Positions 35,755 to 49,077 of a DNA stretch of 64,000 nucleotides are shown here, in pieces. The notes beneath the pieces are model-generated. The model saw only the letters and a program-made list of their open reading frames with translations. It made no database searches and was not told the origin of the DNA. Made by a program: the position numbers and the translations under genes. Source of the DNA: Phoronis australis (Eukaryota > Animalia > Phoronida); assembly GCA_002633005.1 (NCBI GenBank), contig NMRA01000261.1, positions 522,861 to 586,860 on the forward strand. Reading direction: 5' to 3'. Positions within the stretch are counted from its first letter, which is position 1; every line of letters begins with the position of its first letter.

Positions 35755-38700
35755 ATGGATGAAAAGTCTCGGTTTCATCTCCATGGCTTCGCAAGTGTGT
35801 TTCTAAATGATGACATAATGCCACAGTAAGTAATTCATGTACTTGTCACAGTAGTACTGGTGTACACTGTGGGTGAACATTTTAAACCTCGTATAATCCA
35901 CTGTGGCGTAAACTGTTGTTTTGGATGCTTGACTCTGTATGATGCTCTTGTTATAAACATAATGAACCCAACCTGCATGGAGAATTGATAATAAAGACTC
36001 TGGACAATCATCTGGTTTTTTACCCACAATTTCACCAAGACAATGGAATTAGATTTTCCCATGCAAGACTTCGGAGAATATGGCTGGTGTGGCCCTGTAA
36101 AGCATGTCCCTGATGATAGTACAGATAAGCTGTCAAACAAATTTACTATTCATTATTTTGGTCTTGCTCAAGAAAGTGATGGATTATCCAAGGTATAGTG
36201 TGTTTGGAAAGCTAGGAATGTGTTGGACTGGTATCGAGTATCAATTACTGAATTTTCCCATGTGAAATCTCACCAATGTGGAATACAATATGGTCGACAA
36301 GTGAAATTTCTCATTTTGTACGAAACAATTGTTGCACCAAATTATATGCTTTTCCATGATCAAGTTTTGTATTGCAGCTATAACCAGACAAAGTTTTGGA
36401 AAATTGTGAACATTCACTACAGTGTTAGAAGCCTTTAAAAATAAAAAAGGACAATTTTGGCATTTGTTTTTGTCCGACATTGGTGAAATTTTACTGTTCT
36501 TAACAAAATGCATTATCCTTATGATTTCGCATTGTTTTTCATATTCATCACAGGTGAACCAGCCTTGACAAAATCCAAGCTTGCTATCTCAATTGTTAAA
36601 GCAGGTCGTTGAGAACTCTGTTTAATGTAAAGGAAATAGGGCTTTGAGCTGGAGAACTCAGAACATTCACATGTCTCTAGTACTCCAAGCTTATTTGGTC
36701 AAGGCATTTGAAGGTCATATCATGTTGATACCTAGTTGAGACTCAAAATAGTCATCTCTGATGAATTGTTTCAAAATCACTTTTTCTAATCTTTAGGCCG
36801 GAAGCGGCAAATGGCATGCATGGGAAAGCTGACAAAAATATTGGTGAGTTAAGAACAGTCCCAGATAGGACATCCAGCGCGCGCCACTCTGCCCTTGAAC
36901 GTCTCCAAAATCTTAGGAAGAAAAAGAAAGCACGCGACGCCAGTGAAGGTGTTTCAAGCAACTGCCACAAGGATTGTTTTGACTATTCAGATGTCATTTG
37001 TTTACCAAGTTTAAAAGAGCGCATCAAGAAGAAGAATGCCAAGTTGACTGTGGGAGTATTGGATAGTGACACAAACAAAAATGCATCAGGACATTCAGTC
37101 CCTTCCAGCAGCAGTCCCTCCTTGTCCACTGTAACTAGTAATAGCAGTTTTCCTTCAGATGGTAGAGGGCAGCACTGTGAACAGTATACAGATTCATATG
37201 ATGATGATTTTACCTTCCCCGTTTCTCCGAGTAGAGACAGAGATTCTTCGCAGCACCTGAGTTCGTTTACGAGACCTATCCTCCATTCGAGTGAATCGGC
37301 ATGTGTGCAATCAGTATCTAACAGTGATAGCTTTTCATTTCCTATCAACGTTAAAAGAGTTACACATGGCCGAAAGAGATCACATTCTTCAGGCAAACGC
37401 AGTAGTTATGGATCCCTTGGAAGTAGTGAGCCCTATAGTGTTGAGTTACCTGCAGGGGTTAAACAGGTGTCCTCAACTGCCCCCGCTCCTTCTGTCAGGT
37501 TGAGAAACAACTCCTCCAAAACTGGGACTTCCGAACTGGCCTTCAACAGAGTGCAGCCAATGGATTGTTTCACTTCAAAACAGAAAAAAATTAAAGAGAA
37601 ATCCAAGTGTAATAAATTATTAAAAAAAGGACTGTCATCTCCCAATGATTTTCCCATGCGACATCATTCCAAAAGGCAAAGACATGCATCTTCTGAGGGT
37701 AAGTATTTCTAGATTACGGACCTGTTGTCTTGCTTGAGATGTATGCATTGCTGTGTTTATATAGCCATATCCCAAAGTACCACCACGCCATTCCTATTCT
37801 TTGTTCATTATGAAATTTCACACCAAAATATTGCGATTACACTTTTTTCTTAAGGCAAATAATAAAGAAATTACTGTTGTCAGCAACACAACACAAACCA
37901 TGCTAAGAATGGTGTAGAATTCTCTTTAGTGATTTTTTTGTTGAGGAAATTTTGAAAATAAAGTTCCACTTGTTCGTCATATTTTGTATACCCGAAACAT
38001 ATGAGTTAATGCCCTGGGCACTTAAATTCGTGAGTCTGGAAATTTGAGGGGTGGGCACTTATCCCGGAGGTGGGCACTTAAATTAGAAAAGTCAAGAAAT
38101 TGGGAGTTGGTGCACAGCCAAACATGAGCGCTTAGACAATTGAATTGGCCACCTTTGACCATCGAAATTGAAGTTCACAGATCTGAAATTCAAAGAACTT
38201 ACCACAAATGCAATTGCTGCTGCCAAAGATAAATCGACACTTTCTGACTCTAGCCATATGCAACTTGAAATAGAAAATTTAGTACTTTGAAACAAAAAGG
38301 CCCAAGTTCTAAGATTGTCTTCCACATGAATGTCATCAAAGTCACTGAAGTTTGATAAATCTAAAAGCATGCTCCTTCCTTTTTATTCAGAGTTGAAATT
38401 TTTATACTCAAACAATTGAAAAACTTCCTACCAAGAATTTTTGTAAGGTGTTGTATGCCCTCGCCAAGTAAAGTAGTGTTATGCAGGAATGATGCTGTGG
38501 AAATTTCACAAGGATAAAATCTTGTGTGTTATATTAGTTACTTGTTCAATAATTAGTTTTGCACGAAATAAAAAGCCTTGAAATACTTCGACTTTGTGCG
38601 GATTTCCATTATGGGGCAATTTGAGTTTGCTCTTTTGGCACTGAATACGTGCCATATATAGAAAAAAATAGGTTAGCCACAAAATATCACGGAACCTCAG

Positions 38701-41700
38701 CATGCCTCAGTCACTTCAGCTTAGCAGTTAAACGAGGCCAGATTGGGCTCTTAAAACTGGGAGAAAAGTATGGTTCCTTTGAAAAATAAATTTATTGTAG
38801 CATAGAATGAGTGACTATAGCTGACCATTATCCTGGAATGTGACAATGTCATTAACAAATGAATGCACTGCAGAAGATACAATGTCTCCTGCAATGACTA
38901 ACTCCCTCCGCTAGTCTAAGTAGTGGGTGCCTAATTGGAAGTTCTCAAAAGTAGAGTGTGGCCACTTACTTGAGCCTCAGATTAGTCTATCTGAGCTTGA
39001 GCATGGGTGGCAATAACCCAAATGTTTATTTAAGTAATTATTCAGTATAAAGAGTTGCTATAAAATGGTTTTTTGTCAAGGATGAACTGTTAGAGCGAAA
39101 TCGTCAACTGAATTCCATGTGCGTAGCTCTAGGGAATGCGTTACAACACCTGTGTCAAGTTTGTAAACATGTCTTCTTGTATTTTGCAGATGATATCTTT
39201 ATTCTTAATGAGATCCCAGCTGTCAATCATTCAGATGTGGAGTCTGATGAGGCGCTTGCCAGACATCTTCAGGTGACGTCTACGTCTACGTCTTGTTTCA
39301 AATAACTCTTACACACAGAAGTTCATAATAAAACACACTAGAGCACGTTTCAATTCTGACGAAGTCTCAACAAAAACCTTGACAATTGTTCCTCCACACA
39401 CTTTGTTGAAGTCCTTTTTCAAATAAACAATTAGTGACTAGGGACTATAATGTTACAAAACCTCTCAAAGATCAAAATTGCCATTTTATTGAAACAAATA
39501 TTTGACTTTATGTACCAACTGGGAAGAAGTTCGTCTAAATTTGACAGTCTGACAGAATTCTATCAAAGTGTGTCTAGTTTATTTTGTAAACCACTGACAG
39601 TATAATTGTTTTTGGTCTGCATTTAATTGAGAATTGATGCGGTGATGCAATATTTTGGGTGTAATTTTTGTTCAAAAAAGTCACCTGATATGAGCTGAAT
39701 TGGTGTGTGTGGGGGGGGGGAGGAGTGGGGTGGTGACCACAAGTCTAAAAAAAACCGCACCACTTGATTCTGGAAACCCGTTCAAAAATCAATAATTTGT
39801 CCCCAAGTTGCCAAGCCACCTTGTTAAAAATCCACGTAAGATAATTATGTTTGTTTAGCTTTTGAAAAATCAACCTCACTTAATTTATGCGGGCAAGTGC
39901 AGGCTTCAAAATGAGTTGTGTGCAGACTTGAACTGATTTTGCTTGTTCCTATTTTTGATTGGTCTATTGAGGGATTCTCAGACCTCTTTAAAGATGTATT
40001 TGCATGCTCCTAACTATGCTGATGTTTGGCAGGAACTAAACCACAATGTTTTTTGAACATCATCTACGCTAAACAAAATGCAGTTTGTTGCAAATGTGAA
40101 AACAAAAAATTCTGCAATTTGTAACTTTTGTATTTAATGACGTATCGTGGGGGCTTACAAAGCCCGCATCATGCAGTGTTACTCCCCAACACTACCTCAT
40201 GTAACTTACGGGACACGGTTTAGGGATTTACGGCATATCATTTTCGACACAAAACTCGTTCTTAAATTATTTGGCAATTTTCAACATACTTCATATTCAC
40301 GTCGTCGCGAAATATTGTGTTTTTAACTAATTTGACCAAGCAATCACGGAGATAATGAATTAGCCTTCAAGTTCCACTTTAACCCGCATCATTGTCTCAT
40401 GTTTTTAGGAGGAAATGGATCAGGAGTTTGCAGCTGCATTAGCCAATGAAATGTCATCACAAGCTGCCTTAGCCAATGAAATGTCACCACAAGCTGTCTT
40501 AGCCTATGAAATTTCAACACAAGCTGCATTAGCCAATGGAGTTTCAACAGCTATACAGTCACCATTAATGAACAGTGTGGTAGTAAGTAATGGACAGTCA
40601 TACTGTGTGTGACAGAAGGCTGTAAACAAAGAAATTATTATTTACTTTTTCTAGCTTTTAACTTTACATGATGATCACTGCGTTCCTACTTGTATGTTCA
40701 TAATATGTGGACGACTCCAAATGTCAGCCAAACTGCTTTCCTTGATCTCAATTTCAAGGTCTCTGCCAGAAAATAATGTTGAAGTTACATCATGTCACAG
40801 TTTGTGAAAGTTGATTTTTATGCGCCCACTTATTTATATGTGGACGCATTATGCTGTCATCTCTGTCCGTCTGTCTGTCCTGCTTCCGGCGTCTGTCCAG
40901 CGTCCGTCCGGCGTCCGTTGCTCTATCTCCAAAACCCTTTGACATACGTTCATGAAATTTGGCACATATGTTCCATTCATGAATGGGATGGCATGAGCGA
41001 ACTTTGGGACGGATCCGACTACCGGTGTGCTCCCTAGTGGCAATTTTAGTTTTTTACGCTTACCTTTGTATTTTCAAAAGTCTTGAACGGATTTTCTTGA
41101 AATTTGGATATTAATGTTGGCACCTATTAGTGAGATGACGCTATCCTCTTGTTTTAGGATGGATTCGACGTAGTTTGCACCACTTAGTGGCCATTTTTAC
41201 TGTTTTCGAGTCTGTTTTTTTGCGTCCACCCCTCTATCAACCACACCGCTCAAAGGATGATTGTGAAAATTGGCATGTATGTGTTTACTATGAAGAGGAC
41301 GGTTGATGATGATTTTCTGACGATTTTGAGTACTGTGGTGCCTCCTAGTGGCAGTTTTTTTTTGCGCCTATGGCTGTATCTCCTAGACCGTTGGCAGGAT
41401 CTTTACAAAATTTAGTAAGTATATTTATATGATGTTAACAACGGACGACGACGATTTTTTCTTTTTGGACATATCCGACTACCGGTGTGCCCCCTAGTGG
41501 CAATTTTTTTTACGTTTACCTTTGTATCTTCAAAAGTCCTGAATGGGTTTTCATGAAATTTATTATGTAGGCACCTGTTAGTGAGATGACGCTATCCTCC
41601 TGTTTTTGGATAGATTCGTTGTAGTTTGCGCCACCTAGTGGCCATTTTTACTGTTTTCGGGTCTGTTTTTTGCGTCCACCCCTCTATCAACAAACCGCTC

Positions 41701-44700
41701 AAAGGATGATTGTGAAAATTGGCATGTATGTGCTTACTATAAAGAGGACGGTTGATGATGATTTTCCGATGATTTCAACTACTGTGGTGCCTCCTAGTGG
41801 CAATTTTAGTTTTTTGTGTTTAACGCAGTATCTTCAAAGGTCCTCAACAGATTTTCATAAAATTTTAAATATAGGCATCTATTGGTGTGATGACGCTATC
41901 TTTCTGTTTTTGGATGGAATCGAGGTATTTTGCACCACCTTGTGGCCATTTTTGCTGTTTTCAAATCTTATTTTTGGTGTCCACCCCTGTATCAACCAAA
42001 TCATTTGAAAATTGGCATATAATAGTAATGTTCTCTGTGTGAAGACGACCTTTGATGATGGTGACTGATTACTGTGGTGCTTCCTAGTGGTAGTTTTGTT
42101 TTGCTCCCATAGTTGTATCTCTTAAACCCACTGCAGGATCTTTACTAAATTTAGTAAGTGTATTTATTTGAAGATAACAACAGACGACGACGGACACTGT
42201 GCCCTCTAGTGGCAATTTCATTTTATTCTGTTTTCCTTTGTTTCGTTGAAGTTCCTTGACAGATTTTTATGAAATATGTCATGTTCCTGTGTTTGGATGG
42301 ATTGTATGTTTTTGCGTCATCTAGTGGCCATTTTTATGATACAAATAAATAACCCTAAAAGCACACCATTTGCAATGCATTAGTGGGCGCATTTCAACGC
42401 TCTGCGATGCTCTTGTTAAAGTAAATTTTTTATTGCAAAGATATTTGTCTTGCTTATCTTTACCCAAAAAATCACATGCAACTGCATCCTTAAAAGTGCG
42501 TGCATCTTGAGGTGGCGAGGGACAGTTTGATCTCACTGAATCAAGTTGTTCATCTAAGACTCTCCCATAATGCTAACTTAATGTGATTACAAGAATTGCC
42601 AGAATGTATGTTTGTCTCTAACAGGGCCGTAGACACCGCACTGGGAGTAGTAGTCGATGGTCAGTAAGAGACAGGCGATCACGTAGAGGTTAGTGTTGTT
42701 GTGTCTCAGATTTGGTTAGGACGTTAGATCATTGACAATAGTTGTGTGTACCTCTGACTTTACTTAATAACTGTATGAAGCCATGCTGTCTGTTATGGAT
42801 TCTCTTCATTGATGATGTTTTGAGATAAGGAATGAATCTGGTGAATATTAAGGACTTATTGTTAATGTGGTTTCGCTGAATGTGAGACACACGTCCTTGT
42901 TATATTTTGTGAGGCTGCCCACCGTTAGGTACTTTTAGGATTTTAGGGTACACATGAGTTTTAAAATTCTACAGATTTCACTATTTCCCATTAAAAGTAA
43001 AATATAACTAAATTATCAGCATTTTTGAAGCGAGATTGCAAACTTCGTGGCTGAAAAATCCACCATTAAAGGACTGTAATAATCAAGAGCCCATGGTTAC
43101 GTGGCTTTGCTGTATGGGATATTAGCTGCTTTACAAATCAAGTTGGAGATGTTGAGTAGGAATTTTTGAAGCTAATGAATTCCAAAAAATCATTCAAATC
43201 ACATTTTAGAAAATGGGAAAAGTATTTCATTGCACTGACTTTATCACCAAGGATCAGTACCTATAACATCACCGTGGATCAGGAATCATTGAGATATTGT
43301 CTGAGATTTGCTGAAGCCTTTGCCTCAGAAAAATCAATGGGTTGACAGCCCTGATTTTGTCTTGACTTGACCTGTTTTGTGCTGGGGGGTCTGGGTGTAG
43401 GTTGATTGCATTTCTGCAAATAGCACATAACATTTTTGCACTATCGTGCTTTCAGGTGATCCTGGCACTAGAAATCATAGAATGTACTCGGTAAGTATAT
43501 CCAAGTTATGTTCAAGCTTGTCAAATGAATTCTGTGTTCCTTTTTGAAATAGTGTGCAACAATTTGCTATGATTTTAACCCAAAACGATTANNNNNNNNN
43601 NNNNNNNNNNNNNNNNNNNNNNNNNNNNNNNNNNNNNNNNNNNNNNNNNNNNNNNNNNNNNNNNNNNNNNNNNNNNNNNNNNNNNNNNNNNNNNNNNNNN
43701 NNNNNNNNNNNNNNNNNNNNNNNNNNNNNNNNNNNNNNNNNNNNNNNNNNNNNNNNNNNNNNNNNNNNNNNNNNNNNNNNNNNNNNNNNNNNNNNNNNNN
43801 NNNNNNNNNNNNNNNNNNNNNNNNNNNNNNNNNNNNNNNNNNNNNNNNNNNNNNNNNNNNNNNNNNNNNNNNNNNNNNNNNNNNNNNNNNNNNNNNNNNN
43901 NNNNNNNNNNNNNNNNNNNNNNNNNNNNNNNNNNNNNNNNNNNNNNNNNNNNNNNNNNNNNNNNNNNNNNNNNNNNNNNNNNNNNNNNNNNNNNNNNNNN
44001 NNNNNNNNNNNNNNNNNNNNNNNNNNNNNNNNNNNNNNNNNNNNNCACTAGAAGTAAACCGAATTCTTCTTCGCTTGAATGCGAAATGAACATATTTACA
44101 TGTTGACCATATAAGATCTTTTTCCTCCATAGTCATGAGTCTGTTGAATTTTGTAACATTGGGATTGTTGTAGCTCCATGCAGGCAAATATCGTTTCCTA
44201 AGGTCATCGTAGAATGGGCATTCGATAACAAAATGATATTCCGACTCGACATATGTCCTAACACAGAGAGGGCATAACCTTTCTGTTCTGTTAAGTTTCA
44301 AGTGTCTACCCTTTTCAATCATTAGTGCATGCGCTGAACATCTCAATCTCACCATATCAGATCTAACATTTACATTGTCAATTACATCTAAATAGTTTTC
44401 AAAACATATATTTAACTTAAAAGTTCTGTAAGTTTCCAGCTTAATCGAATTGTTCAAAATATCTTGCCATTTTTGCTGATCAATATCTTTGCATCTTTGT
44501 TTAAAAAGTGATATGAAGCTTGTCTCGGAACCTACACCCTGATTATACCATGCTTCTCCAAAACCAAACTGAAATAACAATTTCTTAACATCATTAACCC
44601 AGCACGGTTTATTAACATTTTCCGTCATATTGTACTGCCATTCATAGCAATGATATGTAATTTTTGACTCATCGGTTTTTAATAGTTTTAACCAATATTT

Positions 44701-47700
44701 CATAATTCTAGGAAGTCGGTAAGCAATCAAGGAGTAACGACCCATCTCACCTCTAGCAGTCGATGAAATTGCCGTGCTAGGCAAATTTAAAATTTCTTTA
44801 CAAAACTTTGTGTGGACTATTTCAATACATTCGCAATCATTAAAACCCCAGATCTCACAGCCATAATGAAGTATCGGCAATATTTTACAATCGAATAATT
44901 TTAAACTAACTTTAACAGGGAGTGCATTAAAACCATTGACATTTTTTCTCATCAAATTCACTGCCTTAGTAGCCTGTAATGATAGAGTTTTCTGTGCGCA
45001 AGACCACGAACTATATATATGCAGCGATAATTTTAGGAGCGCGTCCTGCATCATTGGTGCAAAATATCTTTTATTGATGCATTATTTCTGGCCAACGAGT
45101 GCACTAAAACTTTTGGCAATTTCGCCTGATCTTTTCTTGAATAATGTGTATTACATTCAGAATCTAATACGTCAACCACAATGCATAGCGATTGATCAAA
45201 ATAACAATTTTAATGATATGGGGTCTTGTATATTGCGGAAATGCTGATCCCAATTGCAGGTTTATGTGTTTAGTTAAATCGAAATGCAGTTAGTCATCCA
45301 AACTAATAACTAATTGTGCAACATACTAAGGTAGCAGACAAAATCATGTATATTTAAATTCCAGCTCCCAAATATCAAATCAAAAAAGGGCAGGACGTGT
45401 CCTATAGGTCCTAAAAATTGGCCCATAGATTTGAGGGCATGTGGGTCAATTGTTTCATAGCCGTGTATTTTTTCTAAAATGATCCTTGTAATTGTTGAAG
45501 TCCATATGCCTGTATGTGAAGGTGTGCCTATATGTATAACAATAAAGCAGAAGAGGAAAATTTTTGAAATATTGTGTGTGACAGTTTCCTTATCAATTAC
45601 TTAATCTTAGGTGTTGACGGACATTCAATTTCAAAGGATTCAAAATCGTGTTGGTGATTTCTCTCAAAAATTCCTGTTGCTCATTAGTACGCCATAAAAT
45701 CAACATTACAATGCTTGGTTTTTTCGCAGCTAGTGGATCCTGTAGTTCAAAGTGGGTGATCGTTCCACGCAGCCGTAGGCTGATTCACCTCAAGCGTTTG
45801 TAACCAATATAACAAACTTGGTGAAGAGTTTTCAGCCTTACTCCAAACCTTTAAGGGTTGATGAATGTTGCAGAACATTGGTACAAAGATTAAAGGCGAA
45901 GGCAACCTGTTTTCATGTCATTTTTAGCAAAAATAAGGTTCGTTGATTATCCCAGACATATTTTTCACTTATTTACTGCTTTTCGTAATTTAATTAATTA
46001 CTCGTCGCCTACTCCGGAAGTGACGTTTTGGGAGGCAAGAATTTCGCGCCAATTTCTTTTCATATAGTCTGACTGTGAGAGCAGTCAAGTCAGTCATTGT
46101 TCTACCTCGGTTAATTGTGATAAGTTCGGTCGTCGTTTGCTTTTGCTTACGAGTCAGTCAACATGCCACGCTGTTGCTGAGTACTGGGGTGTACTCATTA
46201 TCGTCTCACGTACAGAGGAAGAACTGTCCCACTTGCCCGAGGGTGATCTGAGCACCCAAACTGCTTACATCCCGCCGTGTGACTCCCTTGACACACACCT
46301 GGCACCTTCTAAATAGCTCCAATACAAGTCCACAATAAACTTATCAAACTTAGGCTCACCGATCTGTTCATTGGATGATGAACTGTCCTCTTCACTGGGT
46401 GTCGAACTGGGCCTGTATTCACTCCCACTACTCAACATCGCTGCAGGGCTGTGTACAGGCTCTGGGTTAGAGACAACAGCACAGAGCGAATCACTGCTAG
46501 TTCCCAGAATTGCACGCAATGGGGTTACGTTCTGAGGCGCGGGTGACAGTAGATGAAGTGCCTCCAGTCACTGTATATAGTGGCCACAGCTCGTGAGGCT
46601 TCTCGCTTCAAAAACGCATTTCTCGGGGGTGGCGACGGGGCACTGCCGGGAATCAACAGCGACGGTATGGTACCTTTCTTCAGGCGTTGTTTCGCAGGGA
46701 CCTTCATCAATTCAGCGTACATATCTGTCATAATCTGACGGCAGAAAATGCTTGCCACACACTCAGTAACCCCCCATTGCTTTGTACGTTGCGTGGACGG
46801 GTAGCGCTGCGTTTTTCTCATGAACGAGCTAGCCAAGTACGGCGAAGTGTGTCATCCTTCGGAAAGCGACACAAGGTACCCAAAGCGCGTGTGAGATGAT
46901 AATGAGTTCATCACGGCACGCAGCAACAGAGTGGTATGTTGACCGACTTGTAAACAAAAGCAAACGACGACCAAACTTATCACAAATGAGGTAGAACAAT
47001 GACTGACTCGACAGCTCTCACAGTCAGACTTTTATGAAAAGAAATTGGCGCGAAACTCTTGCCTCCCAAAACGTCACTTCCGGAGTAGAAGACGAGAAAT
47101 TAATCAAATTCCAAAAAGCTGTAATTAAGTGAAAAATGTGTCTTGGATAATCAAAGAACCTTATTTTTGCTTAAAGTGACATGAAAAAAGGTTGCCTTCG
47201 CATTTAAGATGTTAGTACTATTTAATTAGCTAAAACACGGTTAAGTATCCTTTTACATTAACAGATAAAGAACAATGCAAAAGTGTAGTTTAAGACAGAA
47301 TGCACCTATTTTGAACCAGTTGCTCGTGCACTGGTATTCAAAACGGTTGTTGAGTAGAAATGTTTCTTATGACGAAGAGGTATTTGGATATTGGCGCAGG
47401 AACCTTAATCCGTGCATCATATAAGAATATTGCTGCATGAACCTTAATCTGCACATCATGTAAGAAAATTTTCTGCCCGTTTTACTGGAGATGTTCCCCC
47501 AGTGACTAAAACAATAACTGAGTAAAGTTGTATTGAAGCACTTCATTGCGACAGAAAATTCTGGAATATAGATTAAAAGAGTCATGCTAAAAGTCTAGTC
47601 CAGTTCATTTTTAAAACTACGTTTTTATTGTATTTTTGCTTTTGGTTAGAATTTTCTGTCAGATCTCTGCTGCATTGTTTATCGAGCCTCATTTTAATTC

Positions 47701-49077
47701 CATTGTCTGTTGATTTTATTGCTTCATATTTCCTCAGGAACTCCTTCAACTTGCTGAGCAGCTGGGTGAAGTTAAACAGAAAGGACTGAGGTCACAGGAC
47801 ATTGAGAGACTTCCAACCAGAGTTTTTACCAATAAACAGTCATCGGATGGTGAAATACCCTCATGCAATGTTTGTTTCTGTGAATTTGAGCTTGCGGAAT
47901 GCATTCGTATGTTGCCATGTCTCCACGAGTTCCACGCGCCTTGTATCGACAAATGGTTAAAGGTTGGTATCTGTCGTAATTTATAGGACATCATTTTGAC
48001 ATGTTTGTAGTATGCAAAATTGTCATTTCTTCTGCGTAGTTCATTGAACTTAGACAACATGGGTAGGGATCTACCAAGGACCAGACACTGTAATGATAAT
48101 GAGCTCATAAACCTCTACAATTAACTGAGCTGAGTTGCATAAAACTTCAAAGTTCATCCACTGGGTGCAATTTGCTGGGCAATGTGTGCAGCAGTTTTCA
48201 AAAATTTTTTTTAGCACAGCCCCAGAAACCGCTTTCGCATTATATCCAGGTTCTCATTCATTCCCTTGCATGCATCACAAGTAAAACTGAGCTCATAGTA
48301 GCAGGAGTCACTTTTGTGCAATGTTTGATTGTCTGCTAGTAAACCCAGGATTTGAACCTGGATTTCCCAAACTCCTTGAGAATAGTAACCTATTGTGTGA
48401 AGCTGCCATGCCATGTCTGGTTATTCGCATAACATAAGTTTAATGTCAAACTGGGCCCTGATTGCTATATACTTTTAGTTTCTTTTTGTGTTGGTTTATC
48501 GTCTTAGAATTGTGTGTGTCTTGTTGAAATCGGCCAGCTTCTGAATGCAGGAACATTACAGTATGCTGCATGTTTAAACATTCCACTAAGCTAAAAAACA
48601 GACATGTGTAAAACCATGCCTGTTTGTTCCAATGAAGCATGTGTTGTGGATGATGCATTTCTATGGACACTCGTAATGTTGTGTTCATGGACTGATAACG
48701 ATTATACATCGCAATGCATGCATCTGCTATCAACAAAGCAGGTTTATACTGATTTTCTACCGGCCATAACTCTTCGTTATCGGAACAAAAATGCATTGCC
48801 TTATCGTGTGGTTATACCCATCCATATGTCTTTAGCTATAAGTTGGACAGGCATAAATCAGATCCTCGAATAAAATTCTGCTTTACAATTGCTTTACTTT
48901 GTGCTTTCAGCCAAACTGCTACTATAATTTACTTGGTCTGCTTGGATCTGCCAGGTGCAAGTTTTAACATAATTTGAAAATTTCTTATTTTGATTTTGTA
49001 TTGCTTTGACACTAATTTTTATGTTTTAGACGAATGCTACATGTCCAATTTGTCGCTGCACTGTTGATGTCAGCTGA
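35755..49077 (+). CDS. RING-H2 E3 ubiquitin ligase (RNF38/RNF44/Arkadia-like C-terminus), multi-exon gene
   Basis: Phase-consistent GT-AG exons 35755-35825, 36797-37698, 39190-39272, 40409-40582, 42625-42688, 43456-43490, 47738-47962, 49030-49077 give 533 aa. Further exons could lie in the N gap. Features: Ser-rich disordered N-terminus, SDEALARHLQEE motif, ELLQLAEQLGEVK, and the C3H2C3 RING CNVC...[26 protein letters not shown]. Confidence 0.85.
36797..37698 (+). CDS. RING E3 ligase large Ser/Lys-rich exon
   Basis: Open 902-bp frame bounded by ctttag and G|gtaagt; phase fits both flanking exons. Confidence 0.8.
39190..39272 (+). CDS. RING E3 ligase exon (SDEALARHLQ)
   Basis: ttttgcag acceptor and gtgacg donor; ubiquitin-binding-like helix motif continues into the next exon. 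Confidence 0.8.
40409..40582 (+). CDS. RING E3 ligase exon with 4 x 10-aa repeat
   Basis: tttttag/gtaagt boundaries; EEMDQEF followed by AALANEMSSQ-type repeats. Confidence 0.78.
40815..42417 (+). mobile_element. Helentron/HINE (DINE-1-like) non-autonomous element with internal tandem repeats
   Basis: Starts in a T run with ATGCGCCCACT. Its inverse AGTGGGCGCAT is at 42382-42392, followed by a 3' end ctcttgtt. A (CCGT/CTGT)n microsatellite lies near the 5' end, and ~150-bp internal subrepeats form a ~450-bp higher-order period. Confidence 0.7.
43592..44045. other. Assembly gap
   Basis: Run of N. Confidence 0.99.
44047..45020 (-). mobile_element. 5'-truncated non-LTR retrotransposon (ORF2 C-terminal region, RTEX-like clade uncertain)
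   Basis: Open frame with ILPILHYGCEIWG, GEMGRY, RCSAHALMIEKGRH and the CCHC-type RLCPLC...ESEYHFVIECP. The 3' end runs into the N gap. Intronic and antisense to the RING gene. Confidence 0.8.
45894..47203 (-). mobile_element. Kolobok-type non-autonomous element, copy 3 (fold-back form, in RING gene intron)
   Basis: TTAA flanks at 45890-45893 and 47204-47207; same structure and shared indels with copy 2, in the opposite orientation. Confidence 0.88.
47738..47962 (+). CDS. RING E3 ligase exon with most of the RING-H2 domain
   Basis: tcctcag/gttggt boundaries; ELLQLAEQLGEVKQKGL...[33 protein letters not shown]. Confidence 0.92.
49030..49077 (+). CDS. RING E3 ligase last coding exon
   Basis: ttttag acceptor; [15 protein letters not shown]-stop completes the RING. 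Confidence 0.9.
   Translation, partial: [15 protein letters not shown]

Noticed and set aside
43554-44093. Long ORFs crossing the N gaps (also 57066-57699)
   Set aside because: Artefacts of translating N runs.
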